Shown piece after piece: positions 38,352 to 47,038 of a stretch of DNA of 52,044 bases (the first letter of the stretch is position 1; each line of letters opens with the position of its first letter). The DNA is from a virus. Taxonomy: Duplodnaviria > Caudoviricetes. Below the pieces are notes generated by a model. It did not search any database, had not been told where the DNA came from, and worked only from the letters and a program-made list of their open reading frames with translations. Where the stretch lies: positions 1 through 52,044 of IMG/VR virus record IMGVR_UViG_3300025282_000046; one strand, given 5' to 3'. The translations under genes were made by a program, and so were the position numbers.

Positions 38352-38691
38352 TTTGATTCCTCAGGTTGGTTAGGAGTGTTGACGAAGACATAGTACGACT
38401 AGTGTTCTCGTCAATCATTTCTGTTTGTTGGATAGTAGCAAACATGCCGTTGTTGTTGGTGATTTCTTTCATAACAGAACGGAATTGTTTTAATGCCGCG
38501 AGACTTACCTTTGGGTCTGGGTCTCGTGAATGTTGAATGATGGTGCTCATTTCCTCCATTAGATCAAAGTTGGATGCTTGAAGGGCTGACGCTGCACCAT
38601 CTAATCCGTAGAAGGATGTTATAACATCTTCAGGAGTCGTCTTTTGGATCGTCCCCTGTGTCGGGTTCTTCATTAAGTTCTTCTTGTCCAT
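38254..38691 (-). CDS. Hypothetical protein, possible terminase small subunit
   Basis: Size and position upstream of terL; helical 'DPKVSLAALKQF' segment. Confidence 0.35.
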   Translation of the reverse strand: MDKKNLMKNPTQGTIQKTTPEDVITSFYGLDGAASALQASNFDLMEEMSTIIQHSRDPDPKVSLAALKQFRSVMKEITNNNGMFATIQQTEMIDENTSRTMSSSTLLTNLRNQNGEISNQKEIEQKHEIICPKENSKKSNEKDNA

Positions 38692-39205
38692 ATAAATCTA
38701 GTATACTCCCTGGACGCTTGGTTATGTCACCAAACACCCTAATTGATTTCTTAGTATAGGTGTTTTGGTATTCTTCGGGTAGTTCTGCCAAACCCGCTCT
38801 TGCCATTCTATATGCAGCTTTTTGTGCTGCCTTCTTAACATCTGTTGTCATATTAAGACCCCCCATAGTTTTACACGCTAGAAGTTCGCACAGTAGAGGT
38901 TCTAAATTCTTTGCTACATATTGAGGATCGAGTTTAGAGGGCTTCTGTTTTCCTGTCGCTATCGATTGGCATCCTGACACGAAGAAGTCTGGTTCCCCCA
39001 CTCTAGTGATGGCTTTAAGTGCGAGTTGGAAAGAATTCATTTCAACGTAAGTTGTTTTGCCCATTTCAATTAGAGGCACACCCAACGCACGACAGAAAGA
39101 TCGGAACGCTTTCTTTGTGATGTTGGTTCCAAACTCTTTGATGTACCAATCTTCCGATAGAAGTTTAATACCCGTACCGAACCCTATGTAGAACTGTTCA
39201 CTCAT
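38630..39205 (-). CDS. Hypothetical protein (possible DNA-binding N-terminus)
   Basis: Start revised to MSEQFY at 39205, just after the previous stop. Confidence 0.55.
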   Translation of the reverse strand: MSEQFYIGFGTGIKLLSEDWYIKEFGTNITKKAFRSFCRALGVPLIEMGKTTYVEMNSFQLALKAITRVGEPDFFVSGCQSIATGKQKPSKLDPQYVAKNLEPLLCELLACKTMGGLNMTTDVKKAAQKAAYRMARAGLAELPEEYQNTYTKKSIRVFGDITKRPGSILDLYGQEELNEEPDTGDDPKDDS

Positions 39206-39206
39206 A

Positions 39207-41546
39207 TTATCGTGCCATTGGTGGTGCGTATCCTCCACCCGGTGTAGGAGGTCTAAAATTAATAAGGCCATCTACAAAGTCGTTAAGTGATTCTTTGGCA
39301 GGAGCACCAATTGCTCCTGCTATTGTTCCTAAATCTTCAGGGACCCCTCTCCACTGATCCGCTAGACCGCCCCAACTTCCACCTCGAGCAGAACCGGGAA
39401 TATCAGGAATCATATCTGAGAAGATAGAAGGATGAGTAGCACCTTCTAATTGTTCAGGTAGTCCAAATGTAGGCACCCCCCAACCCATTGGAGTTCGGAA
39501 CCGATTCGCTAACTTAACGGCTCCACCTATAGTTGGGTTGTACCAGTTTGCACCAAGTCCTGTATTAAATTCTAGACCTCCACCTTGAGCGGGTCTTGCG
39601 ACATCTCCGAGTGATACAAGAAAGTCTCCTATTCCAGCAATAGTTCCCGGCACAGCCGATGCTGCGTCATATGAGGTAGCACCGGGAGAACCGATTGCTT
39701 CATCAAGTGCTGCGTCCCTAGGATCTATAAGGTGTTCTTGTACGGTATCAATGGTTTGGTTTATCATCTCAGGAGCCATCGCTAGCGTAAAACCTCTACC
39801 CATAGTAGGTCTCACGCCACCTTTTGTAAGTGCTTGTAGGTTTGCTTTGGGATTTAAAAATTGTCCTTGACCTAAACCAAACGCACTTGGATTTACCATT
39901 CCTCGTCTAGCACCGGGGGCGGCGGCGGCGCGGGGGAAGCCTGGTCTTGTACCGGATGGTTTCTTTGGTTCTGGTTCCATGCGAATTTGTTCACCTACAG
40001 ATTTCCTTTCTAGTTCCAGACCTATCTCCCTGAGTTCCGCTTGGGTAAAGGGTTGTCCGGTTCTAGGGTTAAGAGTGTTAGCCATATGATGTGCAGCGGC
40101 CGCAGTCCAACCTTGTTTCTTGGCTATCTTGTTAAGTTCATTCTCCATTGCTTTATCTATTGTCTTGGGGTTAACCTGATGCCATTGTTGGGTTCTAGCC
40201 GCTCTACGTTCAGCAATCTCTGCTTCAGTTAAGGTTTTTCCTCCCCGTTTAGCTTGCTCCACCGACTCGTTTACATATGCATCAATTTGGTTTTTAATCC
40301 AAGCATCTTTCGGGTTCATTGATTTATCATAAATAGGTTTGGGTGCAACTTCGGGACCCATATCAAATAATTCACCTTGACCCCCAGACGACCTGAAACG
40401 TGGTTCACCTTGCACTCTAATAGGTTCTCCCCCCGCAGGTTCAACTTTTGGTGCTTTAGATTCTACAGGTTTAACTTTTTCAATAGGTGCTTCCGCTTCA
40501 ACTGCCGCTTTTGCTTCTGCTGTCGCTGCTGCTTCCGGTGTCATTTCTATAATAGTTGTAGGGAAGAGTCCCTTTTGTCTAATATTGGATATTGCCGCAT
40601 CACTATTTACTGCTCGAATTTGACCCTTAGTTTTTTTACCTTCACTATCAATTGCTTCATAATCATAAGATTTCAATCCGTCTTCGGCTGTCGCTTTTGC
40701 GGCTTTTGCTTCTGCTCTTTTACTTGCTCCGGGAATTACCTTACCTACCCCCTTAACTACTGACCCCCCTATTTTTGTTGCTTTTTTCCAATTATCTTTA
40801 ATGGGACCCTCACTTTGTGAAGCCTTCCAGTTTCTTGCTAATTCTATAGCTTCTCCACGGGTTATGGGTTTTCCTTCTGGATTCGTAAATTCCCATGTAG
40901 GTCTTCTTTTCTTTTTGCCAGTGTCCAGTAAAGGTACTGCTTCTGGGATGTATCTTCTTGGATTGACGCGGGATCGGGTAGTTACGTCTGTGGAGGGTTT
41001 TGACATTTGAAAAGGAGCATCGGGCATTCCCGCTACTTCTTTTAGTTGTGCGTTTAGGGTGTTTCTATTATAAGTTCTTACTCCTTCTGTTGCGAGTGCA
41101 GCAGAACCACCTAGGAAACCCAGCATTTTTAATGTGTTCCAGTAATCGGTACCCGTCATTGGTTGTTCGAGTCTTGACCAACGTGGAATATTAGAGGTGA
41201 CTACATCTTCTATTGGTTTTCCTGCGCCTATAGCAATTCTACTACTTGTGTAATCACCCAAAGAAGACCGCCCACCTATACCTTGGAACCCTAAGGGGAG
41301 TCGTCGTGTCATGTTTCGGAGTTGAGACATTTGGTAGGTGTTCTTTGCCGAAGCAACCATCTCGTCCATGCGAGCATCATTACTTAGTTGATTAAGTGAT
41401 CTTTGTTGGTTTGAAACCTGCGGGCGAGGCAAAATTGTGGTAGGATTGTTTTGTCGAGCATCGTCAACGAAACCGCTAATCGTACTCGTATCCCTTTCAC
41501 TTCCATATATATCCTGAAGTTCATTCTTCTTTTTTCTACGTGCCAT
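39207..41546 (-). CDS. Large mosaic protein containing a PilC/GspF N-terminal-like domain
   Basis: Start revised to MARRKKK (41546); internal 'YDYEAIDSEGKKTKGQIRAVNSDAAISNIRQKGLFPTTIIE'. Confidence 0.6.
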   Translation of the reverse strand: MARRKKKNELQDIYGSERDTSTISGFVDDARQNNPTTILPRPQVSNQQRSLNQLSNDARMDEMVASAKNTYQMSQLRNMTRRLPLGFQGIGGRSSLGDYTSSRIAIGAGKPIEDVVTSNIPRWSRLEQPMTGTDYWNTLKMLGFLGGSAALATEGVRTYNRNTLNAQLKEVAGMPDAPFQMSKPSTDVTTRSRVNPRRYIPEAVPLLDTGKKKRRPTWEFTNPEGKPITRGEAIELARNWKASQSEGPIKDNWKKATKIGGSVVKGVGKVIPGASKRAEAKAAKATAEDGLKSYDYEAIDSEGKKTKGQIRAVNSDAAISNIRQKGLFPTTIIEMTPEAAATAEAKAAVEAEAPIEKVKPVESKAPKVEPAGGEPIRVQGEPRFRSSGGQGELFDMGPEVAPKPIYDKSMNPKDAWIKNQIDAYVNESVEQAKRGGKTLTEAEIAERRAARTQQWHQVNPKTIDKAMENELNKIAKKQGWTAAAAHHMANTLNPRTGQPFTQAELREIGLELERKSVGEQIRMEPEPKKPSGTRPGFPRAAAAPGARRGMVNPSAFGLGQGQFLNPKANLQALTKGGVRPTMGRGFTLAMAPEMINQTIDTVQEHLIDPRDAALDEAIGSPGATSYDAASAVPGTIAGIGDFLVSLGDVARPAQGGGLEFNTGLGANWYNPTIGGAVKLANRFRTPMGWGVPTFGLPEQLEGATHPSIFSDMIPDIPGSARGGSWGGLADQWRGVPEDLGTIAGAIGAPAKESLNDFVDGLINFRPPTPGGGYAPPMAR

Positions 41547-41563
41547 AATATAAGGATACAACA

Positions 41564-42970
41564 ATGACGGTTGGAACACAAGACAGACCACTCACTTCTG
41601 CAGAACCTATGAAGGTTGCAGATGCACTTATAAGGGGAATCTTTCGGACCCCAAGTGGGAAGGGTGGGTTGTGGGCATTTAGGGGAGACTTCTATCAATG
41701 GTATGGGGATAGGTGGGAGAGACGAGAACAAGAGTGGGTCGAAGATTTATGTTGGAAAGAGTTGGAGGATGCCTACTACGAAGAAATAATGGCAGACGGA
41801 ACCGTAAGAGTCCGTAGAATTGCACCCAATAGACAGAAGATAGATAACATTGTTAGGGGGTTAGCAGCGAGAGTGAGAATCCCCCACTCTAATATACCTG
41901 TATGGTTGGATGATCCGGGTCGGGATGCGGGTAGTGTTATAGCGTTTCAGGATCAGTTGGTGGATGCGAAGACGGGTGAGGTTGTGGAGAGGACTGAAGA
42001 TTGGTTTGATCCGGTGATATTGCCTGTGAACTATAATCCGGGTGCCGAGTGTCCTAGGTGGATGAGGTGCTTGGAAGAGTGGGGGAATAATGATCCGGAG
42101 TGGAGCATGTTGCTGATGAGATGGATGGGGTACTGTCTCATGAACCACAGGAGACACGCTAGGTGGTTATTGATGTACGGGAAGGTTAGGAGCGGGAAGG
42201 GGACGATAGGCAAGGTGTTGCAGAAGTTGTTGGGGCAAGATGGGTTTATGAATACGAGTCTTGATGATCTGAGTGGAGACTTCGGGTTGGATGGGTTAGA
42301 GCATTCTAGGGTGCTATGTGTTAGTGAGGTGAGTGAGTTAGACGGGAGGGAGGGAGAGAGAGCCACTAGGGTATTGAAGAATATTATTGGTCAAGATCCG
42401 ATTACCGTGAATGTGAAATATAAGAGGCAGATGAGGAATGTTGTGGTTAATGCTGCACCTATTGTTCAAGCGAATGAGATTCCCCAGTTGCCTAATAAGG
42501 GTAGAGGGTTGTCTTCCAAGATGCTGGTGCTTCCTTTTGATGTAAGTTTTGAGGGGAAAGAAGATCCTTATTTGATTGACAAGTTATCGGGTGAGTTGGA
42601 GGGTATTGCATCGTGGGCGGTGGAGGGTGCTATTGATTTAGAGAGTGGGTTGGGGGGTAGATTCCCGTTACCTAGTAGGGCGAGTGATACGATACAGATG
42701 TACCATCTTCAGAATAACCCGTTTGATTATTTCTTAGAGGAGAGGTTCTTCAGGAGTGAGGGCGGGTTCGTTGCTACGGACTTGTTGTGGATGCAATGGA
42801 AAGATTGGTTGAAATCGAATTCGATAAAGAACCTTCATGTAGCAAGGAATCAGTTGTCGATAAAGATAGAGATGCAAAGTAGTTGGTCGGTTCATAGACA
42901 TCGACCACATGGGGGCAAGAGAGGCTTGAAGGGTTTGAGCCTTAGAAAAAGTTTTGATGACTTGTGCTAG
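41564..42970 (+). CDS. D5/P4-type SF3 helicase (D5_N + ATPase + winged helix), no primase domain recognised
   Basis: 'VIAFQDQLVD', 'YNPGAECPRW', Walker A YGKVRSGKGT, 'VSEV', 'IIGQDPITVNVKYK'. Confidence 0.85.
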   Translation: MTVGTQDRPLTSAEPMKVADALIRGIFRTPSGKGGLWAFRGDFYQWYGDRWERREQEWVEDLCWKELEDAYYEEIMADGTVRVRRIAPNRQKIDNIVRGLAARVRIPHSNIPVWLDDPGRDAGSVIAFQDQLVDAKTGEVVERTEDWFDPVILPVNYNPGAECPRWMRCLEEWGNNDPEWSMLLMRWMGYCLMNHRRHARWLLMYGKVRSGKGTIGKVLQKLLGQDGFMNTSLDDLSGDFGLDGLEHSRVLCVSEVSELDGREGERATRVLKNIIGQDPITVNVKYKRQMRNVVVNAAPIVQANEIPQLPNKGRGLSSKMLVLPFDVSFEGKEDPYLIDKLSGELEGIASWAVEGAIDLESGLGGRFPLPSRASDTIQMYHLQNNPFDYFLEERFFRSEGGFVATDLLWMQWKDWLKSNSIKNLHVARNQLSIKIEMQSSWSVHRHRPHGGKRGLKGLSLRKSFDDLC

Positions 42971-42988
42971 ACACAGAAAGGAACAATA

Positions 42989-43267
42989 ATGGAAGAATAC
43001 ATTATGAGTAAAGAGGCTATTGAAGGTGCATGTATATGTATATTGAATAGGATTATTATGAACAAAGATGTTGGATCACCCAAGAATGCTGACCCAGAAG
43101 ATCTATGGGCTCATTTAAAGATAAAATACAAAGATGGGGATGAGATTATCGATGAGGATAGTCTTATTTGGGACGTGTGGAGGGTAGGGAACGGGTATGT
43201 GCTTTATTGTTCGGAAACAAAAGAGACTATTGAGGTGCCGAGACCCGAGAGATTGGGTGGAGAGTGA
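42989..43267 (+). CDS. Hypothetical protein
   Basis: AAAGGA RBS; acidic 92-aa ORF. Confidence 0.6.
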   Translation: MEEYIMSKEAIEGACICILNRIIMNKDVGSPKNADPEDLWAHLKIKYKDGDEIIDEDSLIWDVWRVGNGYVLYCSETKETIEVPRPERLGGE

Positions 43268-43501
43268 ACCGGATGGCGTACCAGTTGCGTACCGGATGGA
43301 AAGTGCGTTTTTAGAGTGGAAATAAGGTTTGATCCGGGTGTACCGCATGTACCGGGTGTGTCTGTACTCTTTTACTAATCTATATATGGTCACGCAATGG
43401 TTACAAAATACCTGGTACACCCGGTACAAACCGAAAAATCGAGCTTGTAGGGGCCTAGAGTGGGGCTTTTTGAACCAGCTCATGCGGTACATACCCGGAT
43501 C
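43266..43501. repeat. Convergent GTACC(G/A)G iterons around an AT-rich core: putative replication origin
   Basis: Direct copies at 43266-43360; inverted copies at 43411-43428 and 43481-43501; GATCCGGGTGTACCGCATG / CATGCGGTACATACCCGGATC inverted pair. Confidence 0.6.
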
Positions 43502-43851
43502 GGAAGTGGATCGCCCCTATTTTTAGCCTAAAAAGGGACATGAAAAAAATGAGATTTTGAAGATTCGAAGGGTTGTGTTAATTTGGGGGGTTTACGGTTG
43601 GGTGAGGTGAGGAAAATTGTATATAGGGTGAGGAATTCCTAGACAGGATCGGTGTTTCGTAATGACCACAGGCAAACACCTAGGGGGCTTCGGGGGTACC
43701 CAAGTTTACGTCGGGAAGGGGACACGGAAGGAACGCTACGCTGTGGACTCACGTATTTCGTCACTGAAGTGACGAGGAACGGGAACTCGGGAACCACAAA
43801 CCACAACTAACTACACACGGAGTCAGACTATTACCTTGTTTTAAGAAGGAC

Positions 43852-43916
43852 ATTTCGCATCACCATACTTGCTCCTTCATCGGGGCAAGCCCTCTTCGGA
43901 GCGGTGATGCAACAGT
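43852..43916. repeat. Structured element, copy 1 (ATTTC-GCATCACC-ATAC...C-GGTGATGC-AACAGT)
   Basis: Flanks conserved in three copies; 8-bp stem. Confidence 0.8.
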
Positions 43917-44072
43917 CGGGTTCGGGTATATTTTTTGATTTTACAGTCCAAATCTGCTAGTAAGACCACAATCTACACGCTCTTGATTGAGAGTAGATGC
44001 GAACATTCACTAATTCGTTAGAGTGGCAAAGATTTAGACTTTTATTTACGCATGACATATGCATGCACCAAA

Positions 44073-44121
44073 CTGACCTAAACACGTCAGTAGTTGAGTA
44101 ACCAGTCTCATCAAACTGTTT
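44073..44121 (+). ncRNA. Pseudoknot motif copy A (with inserted hairpin)
   Basis: CTGAC-CTAAACAC-GTCAG...AAAC-TGTTT. Confidence 0.5.
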
Positions 44122-44123
44122 TT

Positions 44124-44199
44124 AAGGGGTAGATACAACAAGGTGAAAAACAACACATTTTAAGTGATTACAGCACTCTTCGTATCTACCCTTTTTTTT
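44124..44199 (+). terminator. Long stem followed by T8 (terminator/attenuator-like)
   Basis: AGGGGTAGATAC / GTATCTACCCTT, then TTTTTT. Confidence 0.45.
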
Positions 44200-44205
44200 A
44201 TAATG

Positions 44206-44270
44206 ATTTCGCACAACCATACAGGTCTCGACTGCGGGTAAGACCTTGTCTTCGACGGTTGTGCAACAGT
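44206..44270. repeat. Structured element, copy 2 (ATTTC-GCACAACC-ATAC...C-GGTTGTGC-AACAGT)
   Basis: Compensatory changes relative to copy 1. Confidence 0.8.
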
Positions 44271-44327
44271 TGTTATTGGGTGAATTTTTTGTTTTTTTAT
44301 CATAATCTAATCTAAAGGAGTATTATT

Positions 44328-44570
44328 ATGAATTATTATGATTTAATCGGGTTGTGTCCAGACAAAGAACTTGATAATTTGTCTCACCTAATAATTGAAG
44401 GTTTTATTTCAGACCTCAAAGATTTAAAGATTTCGGATGATAATCTTAAAATGCTTATAGAACACCTAGAAGACACGGTAAAAGCATTAAAAGGCTCAAA
44501 TGCACTTTATCAAGGCGAGCAACGAATTCAGTATGTTCCTACGACACCTGAGATTCTACAGGTAAATTAA
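44328..44570 (+). CDS. Early hypothetical protein
   Basis: AAGGAG RBS. Confidence 0.65.
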   Translation: MNYYDLIGLCPDKELDNLSHLIIEGFISDLKDLKISDDNLKMLIEHLEDTVKALKGSNALYQGEQRIQYVPTTPEILQVN

Positions 44571-44588
44571 ACTAAAAGGAGATTTATT

Positions 44589-44903
44589 ATGCCAGTTATA
44601 CAAATAAGTAGAAAGTTTTTCAAGAACGAGTACGGGATGTCCGTCATCACAGGCGGTTACGGATGGAATACACCCGATACACCCTTTGAAGTAGCAGTAC
44701 TCAAAGGCACAGAAGACAATTGGGTAATCTGCTACGACACTCCCATCACAAATGATGTCATCGGATACTTATCATCTGATGAAGTAGACGCTCTTGAAGC
44801 AAAAATAAGAGAACTACCTTGGCATGGAACTTCTATGGGTAATCCTGCGGTAGGGTTTATGATTCATGAAATGAACGCTTCCGATATGAACGGTGGAAAT
44901 TGA
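44589..44903 (+). CDS. Small phage protein (F.N.YG.SVI...FEVAVL...TPITNDVIGYL type)
   Basis: AAGGAG RBS; motif recalled from uncharacterised phage proteins. Confidence 0.7.
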   Translation: MPVIQISRKFFKNEYGMSVITGGYGWNTPDTPFEVAVLKGTEDNWVICYDTPITNDVIGYLSSDEVDALEAKIRELPWHGTSMGNPAVGFMIHEMNASDMNGGN

Positions 44904-44904
44904 T

Positions 44905-44971
44905 ATTTCGCACGACCATACAGCACTTCAGGCTCGGGCGTAGCCGAGCCTTAGTGCGGTCGTGCAACAGT
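44905..44971. repeat. Structured element, copy 3 (ATTTC-GCACGACC-ATAC...C-GGTCGTGC-AACAGT)
   Basis: Compensatory changes relative to copies 1 and 2. Confidence 0.8.
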
Positions 44972-45020
44972 CGAGTTTTTATGTAATTTTTGTTGTCTTT
45001 AACACAAGGAGAAATGTACA

Positions 45021-45440
45021 ATGACATACAATTATAGCGTCCAAACAGGACAAACAGTCACAATGAAAGGTGGCGAAAAAGGAGAATATGGTCTCCAAAT
45101 TGATTTCGGATTTGATAAACTTACCATTCCATGGGAATCTGTACAAATATGGGATTTTGGCACTGGAGCAGATGCAATGAATCCATGCCAACTTTACAAC
45201 GGTGAAATCCAATATGTACTAGCATATTCTGCAAAAGACATAAAAGGTGATAACATCCGAGCATTCGGAAGTAATGCACGCTTTATGTGGAACGTACCCA
45301 AAGAAGTATTCTACGATGTAGCAAAACTTCAAGGTAAAGAAGATAAGATTGCAACTTGGGAAAGCACAGCGAAACCATACGTTGCACCAACATCTGCACC
45401 TGCTAACACAACCGTAGCAGAAGCAGAAATCCCAGTTTAA
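45021..45440 (+). CDS. Early hypothetical protein
   Basis: AAGGAG RBS; A/C-rich codon use. Confidence 0.7.
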   Translation: MTYNYSVQTGQTVTMKGGEKGEYGLQIDFGFDKLTIPWESVQIWDFGTGADAMNPCQLYNGEIQYVLAYSAKDIKGDNIRAFGSNARFMWNVPKEVFYDVAKLQGKEDKIATWESTAKPYVAPTSAPANTTVAEAEIPV

Positions 45441-45449
45441 CCCCTAAAC

Positions 45450-45475
45450 ACACCTCGGCAAGTGTCTAAACTGCC
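45450..45475 (+). ncRNA. Pseudoknot motif copy B
   Basis: ACAC-CTCGGCAA-GTGT-CTAAAC-TGCC. Confidence 0.55.
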
Positions 45476-45724
45476 CTTTGGGGAAGGTAAAACAAATAAC
45501 TAGAATTTTATATTCTTAACAAATAAAGGCTGACGAGCCTGTGGGTGGCTGAATAATCACTTGGAAAGGTGATAAAGCACACATTAGTCTGTAGTAGACT
45601 GTCCAACGACCAAGTGGTAAAGGACATACTCCTAACCGAGTTTGATGTGATATTCTGGCGATAATACAAATAGTATTTCCCTCTGGAATTGCAGGTAAAC
45701 TTTATCCTGCCCCACACCATATTT

Positions 45725-45751
45725 GACCTGAACAAGTCTCTAAACTATTCA
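45725..45751 (+). ncRNA. Pseudoknot motif copy C
   Basis: GAC-CTGAACAA-GTC-TCTAAAC-TATTCA. Confidence 0.5.
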
Positions 45752-45959
45752 CTTTTGGCGTGTGAAATGAACGCTCGAAGACTCGCTATCATCTTTCACT
45801 CGCGGACTCGGACAACACCGAACTCACATCCAAACAAACGGGTAACACTCCGTAAACCAGAAATTGTTATCTACATCAATTCATAACGATCCAAACCCAA
45901 CTACCCTCGAAAACACAAAGTCCAAATCAACCCCAAACCAAGTTCAAAGGAGAACAACA

Positions 45960-46325
45960 ATGAAAAACTTTTTCGATAAAGCATGTAATATAGCATTCAC
46001 ATGTGAAGGACTAAAACTTTTACACCAAACCTTATCCGAACACTCTAATGAAATAATAAGGCAACAAGAGTGTGAAGAACATAATGAACCGGAAGGAACA
46101 ACATTAGGAAGAGAAGTACTAAAGGCTCTAAGAGATTGTTCTAATGTTGATGATGATGAATTATTAAAGAAAATGCCAAATCTTATATTCACATTAATTA
46201 CTGAAAGACAAATTAAAGAATCATTATACAATCTTCGAGATCTAATACTCGAAGATTTAAAAGATGAAATGGAACCTTTAGAATCAACATTCCATGAATT
46301 AACATCATCCCCAGACCAAGAATAA
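45960..46325 (+). CDS. Hypothetical protein (start revised to MKNFF)
   Basis: AAGGAG RBS before ATG 45960. Confidence 0.65.
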   Translation: MKNFFDKACNIAFTCEGLKLLHQTLSEHSNEIIRQQECEEHNEPEGTTLGREVLKALRDCSNVDDDELLKKMPNLIFTLITERQIKESLYNLRDLILEDLKDEMEPLESTFHELTSSPDQE

Positions 46326-46341
46326 ACAAAGGAGCAACAAA

Positions 46342-46878
46342 ATGATTAAAGCAATCAAAGCGTTGTGGGCTACACTCAAAGATCCACATTTACTATCATC
46401 AAAACCTCATCATGACACACTAGTCACCATTGCAGTAAAGAAGTTCACCATAAAGAATGGGTATTTAAGAGAGTTCAACGGTGACACCCTACATTGTAAA
46501 ACCTCTGTAGAAGACATGGATAAGGTAATACGAGAAATGCAAAAGTGGGATTCTTTTCTCACCAAAGACCTATATCCAAGTGGAGTGCAGCAATCAAGGA
46601 TATCCTCTGTCATTCGTTACTTACAGTTTGTAAACCTTCTTCCTCCTAAAAGGAATAAAGATAGGACTATAACCGTAAGCAACAAGCCATTGAACACCCA
46701 ACTCGAAGAAGATACTGGATGGACGTGTTCACAGTGTCAAATACGACACACATCAGATATGAAGATAGGACACAGAGAATGGGATTTCTTAAGTGAAGAA
46801 ATACTACTCTGTGTACAGTGTTGTGATGACCTAAATTATCAAGGGGCATCAGAAGCAGAAAAAGATGCTCCCTTCTAA
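46342..46878 (+). CDS. Hypothetical protein with C-terminal Zn-finger-like CxxC...CxxC
   Basis: AAGGAG RBS; CSQC...CVQC. Confidence 0.65.
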   Translation: MIKAIKALWATLKDPHLLSSKPHHDTLVTIAVKKFTIKNGYLREFNGDTLHCKTSVEDMDKVIREMQKWDSFLTKDLYPSGVQQSRISSVIRYLQFVNLLPPKRNKDRTITVSNKPLNTQLEEDTGWTCSQCQIRHTSDMKIGHREWDFLSEEILLCVQCCDDLNYQGASEAEKDAPF

Positions 46879-47038
46879 ACTCGTAAGTGGGCAGTCATTT
46901 CTTCAGTAAAATAATATACAGTCAAATACCTAGATTTGGACTGTAATCACTAGGTACGTCTAAACCCCTATATACAAAGTAATATCGTTACTCACTGTAT
47001 ATAGGGGCGAAGACACTAAGAACAAAGGAGAATTAATT

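Noticed and set aside
43115-43526. ORFs 43115-43492 (-) and 43329-43526 (+)
   Set aside because: Their translations merely reflect the GTACC repeats (YR/VY/RY); no RBS; better explained as origin DNA
43852-44971. Three-copy element as CRISPR array, integron attC or minus-strand hammerhead
   Set aside because: Copies are 290-630 bp apart with genes between; no RYYYAAC/GTTRRRY ends; the minus strand has CTGTT...GAAA rather than CTGANGA; no cas or integrase gene in the window
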